Positions 35,787-46,483 of a stretch of 64,000 bases of DNA are shown here, piece by piece. Each line of letters begins with the position of its first letter. Position 1 is the stretch's first letter. The notes beneath the pieces were generated by a model. The model saw nothing but the letters and a program-made list of their open reading frames with translations, made no database searches and was not told the origin of the DNA. Source of the DNA: Salisapilia sapeloensis CBS 127946. Taxonomy: Eukaryota; Protista; Oomycota. The stretch lies in NCBI GenBank assembly GCA_023334545.1, contig JAADVB010000082.1, positions 1 to 64,000 on the forward strand. The letters run 5' to 3'. The position numbers and the translations under genes are program-made.

Positions 35787-35805
35787 CGTTGGAATAGAAA
35801 GACAA

Positions 35806-37528
35806 TCATAGCAGTCGAGACACGTTCACTTGCGTTACACTCAGGAACACGTGCGTCCGGTGCATGCGCTGGACGACCGCCAGTTGCTGGTTCACGCCCA
35901 CGCCCTTCTCCACGAGGTCCTCCAGGTCCTCCATCAAACGCTCCTTGTCGCCCCGCTCGACAAAGAACTGCTGCGACATGGCCGCTTCCTTGAGCTGGTG
36001 CAGCAGCAGGAGCAGGAAGCCCAGGTCGTGGTCGTCCAGTCGACCGACCCAGTCCTGGCGGTTCAGAAGACGCTCCACGTCCCGCAGCTGATGGCGAATG
36101 TACGTCGCCACCTCCTTCGGGTCGTAGTAGATGCGCTCACTAAAGCGTTTGTAGACCTGTCGGAGGACTTCTCGGAAGACTCGGTAGCACCCTCCGACCA
36201 CGACGAACGTCGGGATGGTCGCCAGGAGCTGCAGGTTGACTTGGTTGGCCAGCATGAGCTCATCGATGGCACCCATGGCAGTCATCAACTCCTTCTTGAT
36301 GAACTGGACCTGGATGAGGAGCATGCGGACGATGTCTCCCGTCAGCAAATTCCGTACGGCGTGACTCAGCTGCTTTTCGTAGTGGAGAGAGACGACGGAC
36401 ATGTCCATATTCTGCAGCACCTCCTGCTTCTGGTCTGGAGATAGCTGCGGCTGCTTGTCGCGCATAAAGTCCTCTAGCATCCGACGCAGACTCTCGTTGC
36501 TGTCCTCGAGAGACGCCTGGTCCTGGATACCACTCTTCTCGTTCAAGAGTACCTCCTTCGTGATGGCGCTAGACTCGTAGGATTAGATATTGATGCAAGT
36601 AGCTAGTCCGTGGAAATATACGTGAGAGGCTCGACCATGTGCTCCTGGAAAAAGTCGCCGACGGAAGAATATGTCGTCACGATCATCTCCTTCATCTCCT
36701 TCCGATGCTGGAACAGATAGTACGCGCCAAAGGACACGCCAGCCACCACGACCGTCACATGCAGCCATCTACATCTCCCCACTAGAAACATTGTATAAGG
36801 TTGTGAAGCAAGGAATGGGCGTACCGCTGACGGATCTTGGACGGGGGGCGGCAGGGATTCATCGCCGTCTCTAAACACGCTCGGAACTGCTTCCGAGAGG
36901 CGTCAAACGTCTCCAAGTGTCGACCCAACGCATCCATCGACTGCACAGAATCCTCCGTAGGCTTCGCGTCGAACGAAATGGGCTCGCAAGGAAGAGACTC
37001 GGCAACTTGGAAAGCTCCTTTGCCTCGACGAGGTGTCCGGATGCCTCGTGTACTAAACACGTCAGCCAAGAGAGCTAGAGCTTCGTCCACTTGGACGTCT
37101 TCATCACTTTCGAAACGTTCCAAGAGGTGCTTGAGCTTTCCGATCTTGACCAAATGAGCGGCCAAGGTATCTTGGAGACTTGCCAGGACCTCCTCCAATC
37201 GGATCTTGGTCGACGTCGGACGGATCCATTCCCATGGTCCTTGCTCGAGATAGTACCTCGCCTGCCTCTTTTGCCGATGTTTCCAGAATTGCACCGCCCT
37301 CGGCATGAAGGACACTTGTTCCACCAAGTCGCTTAGAGCGATATGCGCCTCTACCTGCATGACGTGCATCCACAAGCCCAGCGTATCTTTTGTATCAGGT
37401 CGAGATGTCAACGTTCTAGGAAATGAAAACGCATCGTGGAGAGACTGCCACGCCTTGTCTGGTTCGGACAAGTCGGACGTGGCGTCTAGACCTAGCTGAA
37501 GAGCTTTATAGTACGAGATGGTCGACAT
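35806..37528 (-). CDS. NCA2: Nuclear control of ATPase 2 (NCA2)-like protein, multi-exon
   Basis: LEDSNESLRRML..F, YEKQL..AVRNLLTGDIVRMLLIQVQFIKKE...AIDELMLANQVNLQLLATIP; TM segment RWLHVTVVVAGVSFGAYYL. Confidence 0.8.
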
Positions 37529-37594
37529 GGGAATCAGGAACGAGTAAGAAAATGATCGAAAAGGAATGAAAAGACCCGATCTTGAAAAGCTTTA

Positions 37595-38122
37595 TCAGGT
37601 CTCATGCGCTTGGATGACCTCGTCGGGCGCTTGGACGAGCTCAATCAAGACGCCTTCGCCGGACAATGGCGTCGCATCGTTCCCTTTCGGGTGGATGAAC
37701 GCCACGTCATGTCCAGCAGCGCCCTTACGGATGCCACCTGGGGTGAATCGCATGCCTTTGCTCTCGAGCTCCGAGACGGCTGCGGACAGGTCGTCCACCC
37801 AGAGTCCGATGTGGTTCAAAGGAGGGGAGTGGACTTTGGGTGCCTTGGTTGGATCAAGCGGCTGCATCAGATCGATCTCCACTGCAAAAGCGCCTCTACC
37901 GAGCTCCAAAATGTCCTCGTCGACATTTTCCTTCTTGCTCGTATAGTCCCCCTTCTTCTCTAGTCCGAGCAGACCCTCCCACAGATTCGACAGCTTGTGC
38001 TTGTCCAATCCTCCAATAGCCACTTGCTGCAGCCCAAGTACCTTGAACGTAGACTTGTAGGCGGTCTGGATGCCTCTCGGCGCCCCCACTACCGTCAGTC
38101 GTCTCCCAATAGCTCCGAGCAT
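37595..38122 (-). CDS. VOC/glyoxalase-family protein (methylmalonyl-CoA epimerase-like), probable mitochondrial presequence
   Basis: [59 protein letters not shown]. Arg-rich N-terminus MLGAIGRRL. Confidence 0.8.
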   Translation of the reverse strand: MLGAIGRRLTVVGAPRGIQTAYKSTFKVLGLQQVAIGGLDKHKLSNLWEGLLGLEKKGDYTSKKENVDEDILELGRGAFAVEIDLMQPLDPTKAPKVHSPPLNHIGLWVDDLSAAVSELESKGMRFTPGGIRKGAAGHDVAFIHPKGNDATPLSGEGVLIELVQAPDEVIQAHET

Positions 38123-38223
38123 TTCTCTCAACTTCAATAGCAAACAGCGTGTTTGCTTTTCTACCAATCAGTATCCTATGTACACGAGGAGGACCAATGA
38201 AGGAAGACACTACCCAATAGCAA

Positions 38224-39101
38224 ATGGACCATGAAGGACGAGGTCGGAAACGACGGAGGTCGACTCGGACGGCAGTCAAGCAAACGGAAGAAAGTGGCAA
38301 TGATGACGAGAGCTTGAATACGGAGGACGAGACGATCAATGACAATGAATCCACGTCGGCGGAGGGCAACCCGGCGCCCCGTCGCACGGGTCCTCGGCAT
38401 CTCAAACTCGCCGATCTCGAGCGACACGTAAGAACTCTCGAGCGAGAGAACCAGCACTTGAAGCAGTCGCTCTTGCTGAACCGGAAGGATCTGAAAGCTC
38501 TCCGAAGTGGAAACCAAGATCGAGATGGCGTCCATCAGATCGTGGCGGGTCGAACGCAACTCGTGACCGAGATGGTCGAGATGCTGAATTCGTCCTCTCT
38601 CAGTCTCAGTGCTGCAGCTCGAGTGTGGCATCCAAACTGCCGCATTAGCGTCGGAGTGCGGGAGTGGGATGCGTACGGCCGACTTGAAGCCATCAGCCTT
38701 TGGAACATGATCCGATCTGTCTTTGCCAACGTCAGCGTCGACACCATCGAGCTACGACCCCATCTTACGGACGGCGAAATGGTATTTTATACTCCTAACA
38801 ACTGCATTATACTCCTAATCGATGGATGTAGATGCTGACCAAGTGGCGAGTGCAGGGGGAGGTGGCGTCTCCAGCACAGCTCCAGCGCATCATCGCGTCG
38901 GAAGACTGCTCCGAGACGATGCAGACGGTGCTGAAGGCTATCAACTCGAGCGACCTGACGTTCACCGTGACGACGTACGTGATCTTCGAGGACGACTACA
39001 TCGCCGAGCAGCACCACTGCTGGGACCAGGCAGGTGTCCTCAAGCGTCTCTTTCGTGGCGAGATGCCTCCGTCCGTCCAAGAAGCTCTTCGTATTGGGTA
39101 G
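38224..39101 (+). CDS. Oomycete-type bZIP-like protein; intron 38782-38831
   Basis: Basic region, then heptad LADLERHVRTLERENQHLKQSL, followed by the SnoaL/NTF2-like tail (GLEAISLW.., EQHHCWD) typical of oomycete bZIPs. Confidence 0.6.
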
Positions 39102-39147
39102 ATAGTTGTTTGGAGGGAGAAAAAGGTTAAGTGTGTATTGGAAAACA

Positions 39148-42100
39148 TCATGTCAACTGCTTCATCAGTGTCTCTCGCAACTGGTCGCTGGCCTCTGGGT
39201 TGGACAGTCGCAGCGTCATCTCCGCGTCTTCCTTTTCTCTAGTAGCTTCTGCTAGCGTTTTTTCCATCCTCCGTCGATCGTCGTCCATATCGTCCTCCTC
39301 CGTGATCGCCATGCTCAGCCGCTTTTTCATGCCTTCCATCTGCGTTTGCAGCTCACTCTTGACCTCACCCACGCGCCTCTTCTTGCTCTCCAACTCACTG
39401 CAGTAACCTTCCTTCTCCTCTGTCCACTTATTCACGCTCTCTATGCGCTCCAACAGAATCTGTCGAGCATTCAGCTCCTCTTCCAGCTTGGCCAGTCTCG
39501 CTCTTGTCTCCTGTTCCGACTGCTGCTGAGCGTTGGAGATGGCTGTCTCCACCACCTCTTCCTGGGTTTTCCGACGCTCCACCGACACGTGGTACTCGAG
39601 CGTCTTGTTCGACAGCCAAGAGAACGAGTTGTCCCAGACAAAGTGGAAGGTCGAGTCCTTCTCCTCCACCACGTGGACGCCGTTCAACGCACTGACTCTC
39701 TCATCGGGAACAAGTGCTTCTGACGCTTTATCACTTTCTAGCTTGAAGGATAGGTCCTTGTCGTCCTCCACTACAGTAAAGCTCCAGACGAGACGATGAC
39801 CTTTTGTCGGGCACACGATCGGCAGGTCAAAGGACGATCCGGCCTTGACCACGACGCCACTCTTGAACACCATTTCCTCTTCATACCCTCCCTCCGCTAC
39901 ATCCTTCGTCTCCTCATCCTTCTTCCAGACGTTTAGATCTCGATACACCCTCGAGTACTCCTCCACCTGCTCCTCCAGCTCCCTCACAGCATCCTCTAAT
40001 CCCTTGACAAACTTACTTACGAGATCCTTCCGTTGCTTCCGACCGACCTCTAGCTCTTGCTCCTGCTGCTTTTGCTGTCGAGACGCCTGGATCTCCCCAA
40101 AGTCTGCCATCTCATCCTCATCGACCGTCGCGTCCTGCTGTTCCTCCAGCTCAGCTACCTTGTCTTCTAGCTGCAAGACCTGCTTCCTCAGCTCCCTCTC
40201 CTTTGACAAGTCCACTTCTCCAGGGCCGGACAGGAACTTTTGCTCTAAATACTCTAGCACCAGGTCTGCTACTTGCTGAGAGGCTTGCACGGATTCTGAC
40301 TCGGTCGCGTCGTCTCTTTTGCTGCTTTCCAAAGCCAAGAGCACAGTGTTCACGCGACTGTCGTCCCAGTAAGTCTTGAGCTCTTCTAGTATCTCTTCCT
40401 CCGTCTCTTCTAGCTGCTTATAAAGATTCCTACGGCTCACCTTCTCTTCCTTCCAACGAGTCTCTTGATCCAAGAGTTCCCCTAGACGCGTCTCCAGCTT
40501 CTTCACGTGCTCCTTCCTTTCATCTACATTAGATTCCACCTCGGACACTCGCCTCTGTGCGTCTTTAAAACTCTTCTCCAACTCCCTTCTCTCCCTCTCC
40601 TTCTCCTCCACGTTCTGCTCCAACGTACGCATCCCTTCCTTTTCCACCTGCAGCTTCTCCTTTTCCACCACCACTTCACTCAACTTCTTCTCTAGTTCAC
40701 GACACTTTGCCATTATTTGATCCATCTCCTTAGCAACTTTTTCCGTCTTTATCTTTGCTTCCTCCAACGCCTTCTTCTCTACTCTGTATAAACGCCTGTA
40801 CTCCTCGACCTCCTCTTCACTCATACACCACAACTCTGTCACTTGGCCCACTCTTCTCTCCGCCTTCTGTACCTCCTCCTCTGCCTCCTTCCTTCCCACC
40901 CGACTCTCCTCCGCTTCTCTCACCAACTTTTCATTTTCCTTCCGCATCCCATTTAATAGCTCTGCTCTCTTCTCCACCTTCTTCAAAGCAGCATGCGAAC
41001 GACTCTTGTACTTTGCAAATTGCTCCTCCGTCTCCTTCAGCCGCGTCTCGAGAAACGACACCTGCTCCTGATAACCTTCACCCTCCTCCTTCCCACTCTC
41101 CACTCGCGCAGCCGTCACCTCAACCTGCTCTTCCAGCTGTTTGATCGTCACCTGTGACTCTCGTAGCTGCTCCTGCCGTTCCTCCAACTGCTTCTCAATG
41201 GATCTGAGACAGTCCTCTAGCTCTTCCTCATGTCCTTTGGCTTGCTCCAGCTCCTCCTTCTCTCCTACCAAATGTGACACAAAGCCTTCTATCGCCTCCA
41301 ACTGACTCTCACACGATTCACATTCCTCTACCTCCCCACTCGATCGACAATACTCGTACACACTCTTTACCTTGGTAGCCACCGACTCCTGCGGTGATGA
41401 TCTGTCCGCAATCACTTCAATCGACCTCTCCAGAGCTTTCAGACACCCTGTCATGGCATCTCGAAGGTCCAAGGCAGACGACTGGTTTCTTAAGTCTAGC
41501 TTGTACAGCTTCTCCACGGCAGTCGCTGGATGTCCGACGCCGTAGGCTGCTACCACTTGACGCACACTCTCCACCGCTCCCGTCTCCTTCTCTCTTTCGT
41601 CCGACAATTTCTTCAACCGCTCTTCCAGGGATGCTACATCCATCGACGACTGTTTACAAGCCTCTAGCTCTTCCTGCAATTTCAACACCTGCGCCTCCAA
41701 AAAGCGTCTGCTCTCTTCCTGCTGCTCCATTCTCTCCTCCGCCTCCTCCTTCTCTGCTTCTAGCTCTACCAGTCGTCTACTAATGTCTTCATCTTCCGAC
41801 GCCTTCCTCTGGACACCACTTCCCAGCTCTTCCTCCATCGCAGCAACAAGTTTATCCACATCGCCAGAAGACTCTGGAAAGTGACCACCAACAGCCCGAT
41901 ACAACTTTCCCAGCTCTTTCATCCGACTCGTAATCACATCCCCTCGACTGTCCAAGGACGCATCGGAGGGCACGAGATCTAGACTCTCCTCCAGCTGAGA
42001 CACTAAACCCTCCTTCCCAGTCACGATTGAAGCTAGCTCTGCCTGCAACCTTGTCAGCCTCTCACTGCCTTCATTCACGGCTGCTGCTGCCTGCTCTAGC

Positions 42101-42447
42101 GCCTGCCCTGCCCCAGAATTCCCCTTTCGACCCATATCCTCACTCTTTTTCATCAATAGCTTCTCAACCTTTCCCAAACGGATCTGCAGTTGCTCCATAT
42201 CTGCATCGCATGATTCTGGAGTATATCCTCCCTTCTTTGCTTGAGACTGGACGAATAGGACAGCGGATCGGAGATCGTTCGCAGAGCTTAGGAGAGAGTC
42301 GGCGGCTTGGGCATTCCCACGTCCGCGTGTCTGCTCGGACTTGTTCTGCAATTTATCGGCAACAACAGTCACACGAGCACACACCTGCTCGGCGCTGTCA
42401 GGTAGGAGAGCGCTCTCGTTCATGAGCTCTCTCAGACTATGACTCAT
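39148..42447 (-). CDS. Long coiled-coil protein with C-terminal GOLD domain (golgin/FYCO1-like)
   Basis: 1099-aa E/K/Q-rich heptad ORF. GOLD motifs VVKAGSSFDLPI, LVWSFTV...DLSF, FHFVWDNSFSWLSNKTLEYHVSV. Confidence 0.75.
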   Translation of the reverse strand: MSHSLRELMNESALLPDSAEQVCARVTVVADKLQNKSEQTRGRGNAQAADSLLSSANDLRSAVLFVQSQAKKGGYTPESCDADMEQLQIRLGKVEKLLMKKSEDMGRKGNSGAGQALEQAAAAVNEGSERLTRLQAELASIVTGKEGLVSQLEESLDLVPSDASLDSRGDVITSRMKELGKLYRAVGGHFPESSGDVDKLVAAMEEELGSGVQRKASEDEDISRRLVELEAEKEEAEERMEQQEESRRFLEAQVLKLQEELEACKQSSMDVASLEERLKKLSDEREKETGAVESVRQVVAAYGVGHPATAVEKLYKLDLRNQSSALDLRDAMTGCLKALERSIEVIADRSSPQESVATKVKSVYEYCRSSGEVEECESCESQLEAIEGFVSHLVGEKEELEQAKGHEEELEDCLRSIEKQLEERQEQLRESQVTIKQLEEQVEVTAARVESGKEEGEGYQEQVSFLETRLKETEEQFAKYKSRSHAALKKVEKRAELLNGMRKENEKLVREAEESRVGRKEAEEEVQKAERRVGQVTELWCMSEEEVEEYRRLYRVEKKALEEAKIKTEKVAKEMDQIMAKCRELEKKLSEVVVEKEKLQVEKEGMRTLEQNVEEKERERRELEKSFKDAQRRVSEVESNVDERKEHVKKLETRLGELLDQETRWKEEKVSRRNLYKQLEETEEEILEELKTYWDDSRVNTVLLALESSKRDDATESESVQASQQVADLVLEYLEQKFLSGPGEVDLSKERELRKQVLQLEDKVAELEEQQDATVDEDEMADFGEIQASRQQKQQEQELEVGRKQRKDLVSKFVKGLEDAVRELEEQVEEYSRVYRDLNVWKKDEETKDVAEGGYEEEMVFKSGVVVKAGSSFDLPIVCPTKGHRLVWSFTVVEDDKDLSFKLESDKASEALVPDERVSALNGVHVVEEKDSTFHFVWDNSFSWLSNKTLEYHVSVERRKTQEEVVETAISNAQQQSEQETRARLAKLEEELNARQILLERIESVNKWTEEKEGYCSELESKKRRVGEVKSELQTQMEGMKKRLSMAITEEDDMDDDRRRMEKTLAEATREKEDAEMTLRLSNPEASDQLRETLMKQLT

Positions 42448-43399
42448 CTATAGCTGTAAACAGAAAATTATTATACACACATTGCCATCTGAACAGATCT
42501 GAAGAAACTTGGCTTTCCTCCACTTCACCTGGGCAATACGACAGGACTCACAGTGCAACTCACTGCAGAGGTAATTTTCCGTAGCAATACACTTGAATGT
42601 ATGAATCAACAATATATTCATCCCTGAACACAACCCGACACATAAAATGCATGCATCAACGTCAAAATTATCTTCAAGGCAAGCGAATGTGAAAGTCGCT
42701 CCAAATTTCGACTTTGCTGCTACCTCTTTGACGATGAGGTAAAATCTATAGGATTGGGCATTAACATATGCTGTTTCCATGAATATAAACCCAGCCAATC
42801 TTCTACAAACGAAATTGAGCTATACAAGTGGTCATTTATCGCTTTACGCAAGAGTCGAAGTAAAAACTTAGATAATCAGGCTCGCTTCGGTATGCTCGGC
42901 TCGATTAGCAGAGCCTTATATAATTTTGAATACATAGGAAGATATTGCAGTCACTTACAAGCAAAACGACCTAGTACTAGACCTGTCGAATGCGTTGTTT
43001 AGTGCGAATTCCTTGACAGTAGAAAGGAATAATCTTAGATACATTTGCGAATCTCCAAGCTTACCTTCCGTTACACGTTACCATTCAATTAAATATCAAC
43101 AGACACATCAAAGCTTTACTGTACACCCTATTATGGCTGCATTTGTATCGATTTCGTATAGCATATACGGTAAATATTTTCTGTAGACTAGACTAGAAAG
43201 CTTAATTTGCAAACAAATAAATCACCAAAAGCTAGCACTAACATATGGCTCTTGCAACGTAGGGGTACTGCTACACAGTTGTATCCGGATCACCAAAGAA
43301 ATATTACCGATTGACTATAAGGCCCACAGGCGTGAATCATTATCAAATTTGCTTGAACTTTTATTTACCCACCCAAATACCTTTAACGCTAAAATTACA

Positions 43400-46300
43400 A
43401 CTGCAGAAATCAAGTTGCCCAACGGCTTAAGACAAAATCCTCTTGTTTAAAAATTGACAGACATCCGTCACTAAAGATGCCAACGGCCGTTAAGATGAGA
43501 ATAAAGAGAAAACTAACAAGAGGAACAAGTACTCTGAACCAAACACTACTTATTCTTACAACAAGAAGATACGATAATTTTTTTTACTGAACAGAAAACA
43601 TATTCGTATATGGTACATACACATCATAATTAGTTAAATAAACTTAGTGTAAACGAAAACATGAACATTGCACTTGCATCCACCTCCAATTAATATAGCA
43701 CTAGTCAAATCATTTATTTTTTATATTCTTTACAAAAATATTTGCATATTGTTTGTGCATACTTTACAAATTTTAGGCACAGCTAAAACTAAGCACATAG
43801 AACTAGAATATATTTTTAATTCTATTAAATGTGCTTTTCACGCACCATCAGTTATAACAAACTAGGTAAGTTTGTCTTAAATATCAATCTAATCATATAA
43901 AAAAAATCATAAAAAATTTTAAAGACATAAAAATTTCATTGAGCAAAAGAACGTTCGCATAAAATGATAAAGCTTACAACTTTTTTTTGTTATGCACGAA
44001 TATTGTTAAAATCTTGCAAGTACCATAAATAAATAGTACATATTTTTACACTAGAAGTATGGCTAATAACTTTACGAATATTGTAAATTCGAAAAAATAA
44101 CTGAGATTAAACTATACAAAATGTATATAACTCGAAATTTATAAAATGAAAGTATTAAATATATTATTACAACAAGTCTTTAATGTTATAAAGAACGTAA
44201 CGTAAACATATGCAATTTTTATCAAGTTTATAGCATATAGGAAAATAGTCTACTTTGGAAAACGAGGTTTTTTAATTATTGCATAAAATCAATCAGACTT
44301 TTTGGTTATCATATCCACGTTTTAAGCAAAAAATTAACCAGTTTTTTGTTATTTATATTCTAAAGTATAATATAGTGCATTTGCTATGAGATTTTAATAA
44401 AACAACAAAAGGTAAATACTACAACTTTTTAAAAAATAAAAATTTTACGTATAACATTATGTGCAACAAATTATAAATCTATGGATATTAATATTAATAA
44501 AGAATACAAATATAAAGGCTCAAAGAATTTTGACTATATATGAAGATTATTCTTACTTTTATAAAAATTTGATAAAAACGTTTAAATGCATTTGTAAAAA
44601 TGTTTTTTCGTGATTCATTCTTTTGTTTTTACAGCAATAAAAATAGAATCGTAATGCATAGGAATGAAACTGTAAAGACAGTAGCAAAGCGTTATGTTGA
44701 AATCAAAAAGCAAAAAAAAATATTAAATGTTTATTTGTGTAATGTTGTTTTAAATTGGTCATCAATATCAACCATGTTTTTATTTTATAAAACCGTTAAT
44801 TAATTTAACGATAATACAATTTTTTTATAAGAGTAAAAATTTTGTTTTATATATGTTCCTTATTTGTTATTTGTTTCGATTCTTCATTTATGATTTCTTT
44901 ATTAATCCGTGTGTTTTCGGTTATTGTAAATACACGTGTTTAATTTTTTTATATAAAATTTCTGTTTTACTTAAGAAAACTAAAATAATAAAGATCAGAA
45001 TTTTTGTAAGTATGCACATGCTTGTTACGTATTTAAAGACAATTATCTCTTTTACAGAATTGTATTAATTTTAAAATAATACCATTTTGGATTTGTAGAA
45101 ACTATGTTAAAGATTGTAATTGAAAGGTTTCTACGTTTTTTATATACTCGCAATTTTGATATATATGCGTTTTATATTGTTTAAATTATAAATAAAACGT
45201 GTATTAATTGACAAAAATCATGCTTTACTAGGTGATAATAATTTATCACTTATATACATTACAAGCATTTGTTATCTGCTCTAAAGTTTTTGTTGTTTTC
45301 TTGTACGACTGGCAAATTCATTCTAATATTTTGTTATATACAAATTAAATATTGAATCTATAGTAAATTAAGCTATGTATACTTAAGCTATTACTGTTTT
45401 ACTAAAAGTTTATAGTATTTAAGAAGACTTTTTTAAAGTACTCTTATTGTTATATTTCTTGCCTTTTTTATAGTAACGCTAAATATTTTGAAGTAATTTA
45501 TGTATGCAGTAAATAAAATTTTTATCAGTAAGTAAATAAATTAAAATATCATTAATAAACAAAGACTTTTGTTTTAAACTGTTATGTCAGTTTACGCTTT
45601 TTATAACTAATTGTGACTTGTCTATTTGAGTTTTGTACATTAGGCAATCGAAATTATACATATTGACGCTATCAATTTTATTTGTTTTTTGCAAAGTTTT
45701 TGATGTTTCTGCTTTTTGAAAATCTTAAATCTATATTAAACTTCAAATATGTTTAAACGTATTAAACGTATATTTGTAAACGCAAACCTTTATTGTTGTC
45801 GGGCAACAAATTATAAATAAGAAATTTTATTAAATGGTTATGCTATGCTGAAGAATTTGTCTGTGCCCTTGCAACAGGTTAATAGATGGTGTAAGGAGTG
45901 GAAAAACAAACTTTTTTGTTTTGGTTAATATTGAAAGTATAGTTGTAAATTTAGTTTCAAGAATAATATAGTATTTTATTTTGTTTCTGTTATAAACATT
46001 TTTGTCGAACTTCTATAGACGAAAATACTGACATTTCATCTCATACAAATTCTGTACCCGATGATCTTCTCGTTTTGATCTACTGTTTCTTTCGATATAG
46101 CACTTGTAAACAAAACGTATGGCGCTAATTTTAATCAATTGTTGTTTAATTGTTCTTGTTTGTTTGTTGAAGTAAACATGTTGAAAGCTTTAATCGGATT
46201 ATCTTTGGATGTATACAAACTGTTATTGCATTTGCTCAAAGATTTATTTTCTTAATGTTATTTCTTTTCCAACAACTTATACATTTCATTTTCTTGTGTC

Positions 46301-46450
46301 ACGAGTATGTAAAAGAAAAAATTGCGCTTTTTTTCTATAGTAAACACATCTAAAATGCATATTTTAAATATAATGGCCAGGGTGCAGCTTGTCGTAAGTA
46401 TTGGAAAGCAGACAAATTATGGACTCAAAGGAAATATGAGCTTTCTTTGA
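43400..46450. other. AT-rich island (~20-25% GC by eye vs ~55% in flanking genes), stop-riddled in all frames
   Basis: Direct composition: A-rich/G-poor on + in the left half, T-rich/C-poor on + in the right half. Confidence 0.9.
43540..43900 (+). mobile_element. Hypermutated non-LTR retrotransposon (LINE) APE-endonuclease fossil
   Basis: One continuous frame: gta aac gaa aac atg aac att gca ctt (43649; G-to-A reversion gives V[G/D]GDMNIAL = GDFN motif), HS*N (taa from tgg), RTRIYF (SRID motif, 43799) and tct aat cat (43888; reversion gives SDH). Motif spacing of ~51 and ~28 aa fits L1-type endonucleases. Confidence 0.6.
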
Positions 46451-46483
46451 TGCGTTAGACAGGTTCAGCGTTGAGCGCAAAAA

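Noticed and set aside
42452-43186. Stop-poor + frame with L*DWALTYAVSMN resembling a copia integrase
   Set aside because: About 7 stops in ~240 codons and only one short motif; insufficient to call.
43400-46450. AT island as mitochondrial insertion or endogenous giant virus
   Set aside because: No rRNA, tRNA, respiratory-gene or intact AT-rich ORFs; LINE motifs fit better. Not excluded without BLAST.
43400-46450. Canonical fungal RIP or CpG-methylation decay
   Set aside because: TG/CA and CG dinucleotides survive abundantly and the bias is strand-asymmetric (hand counts).
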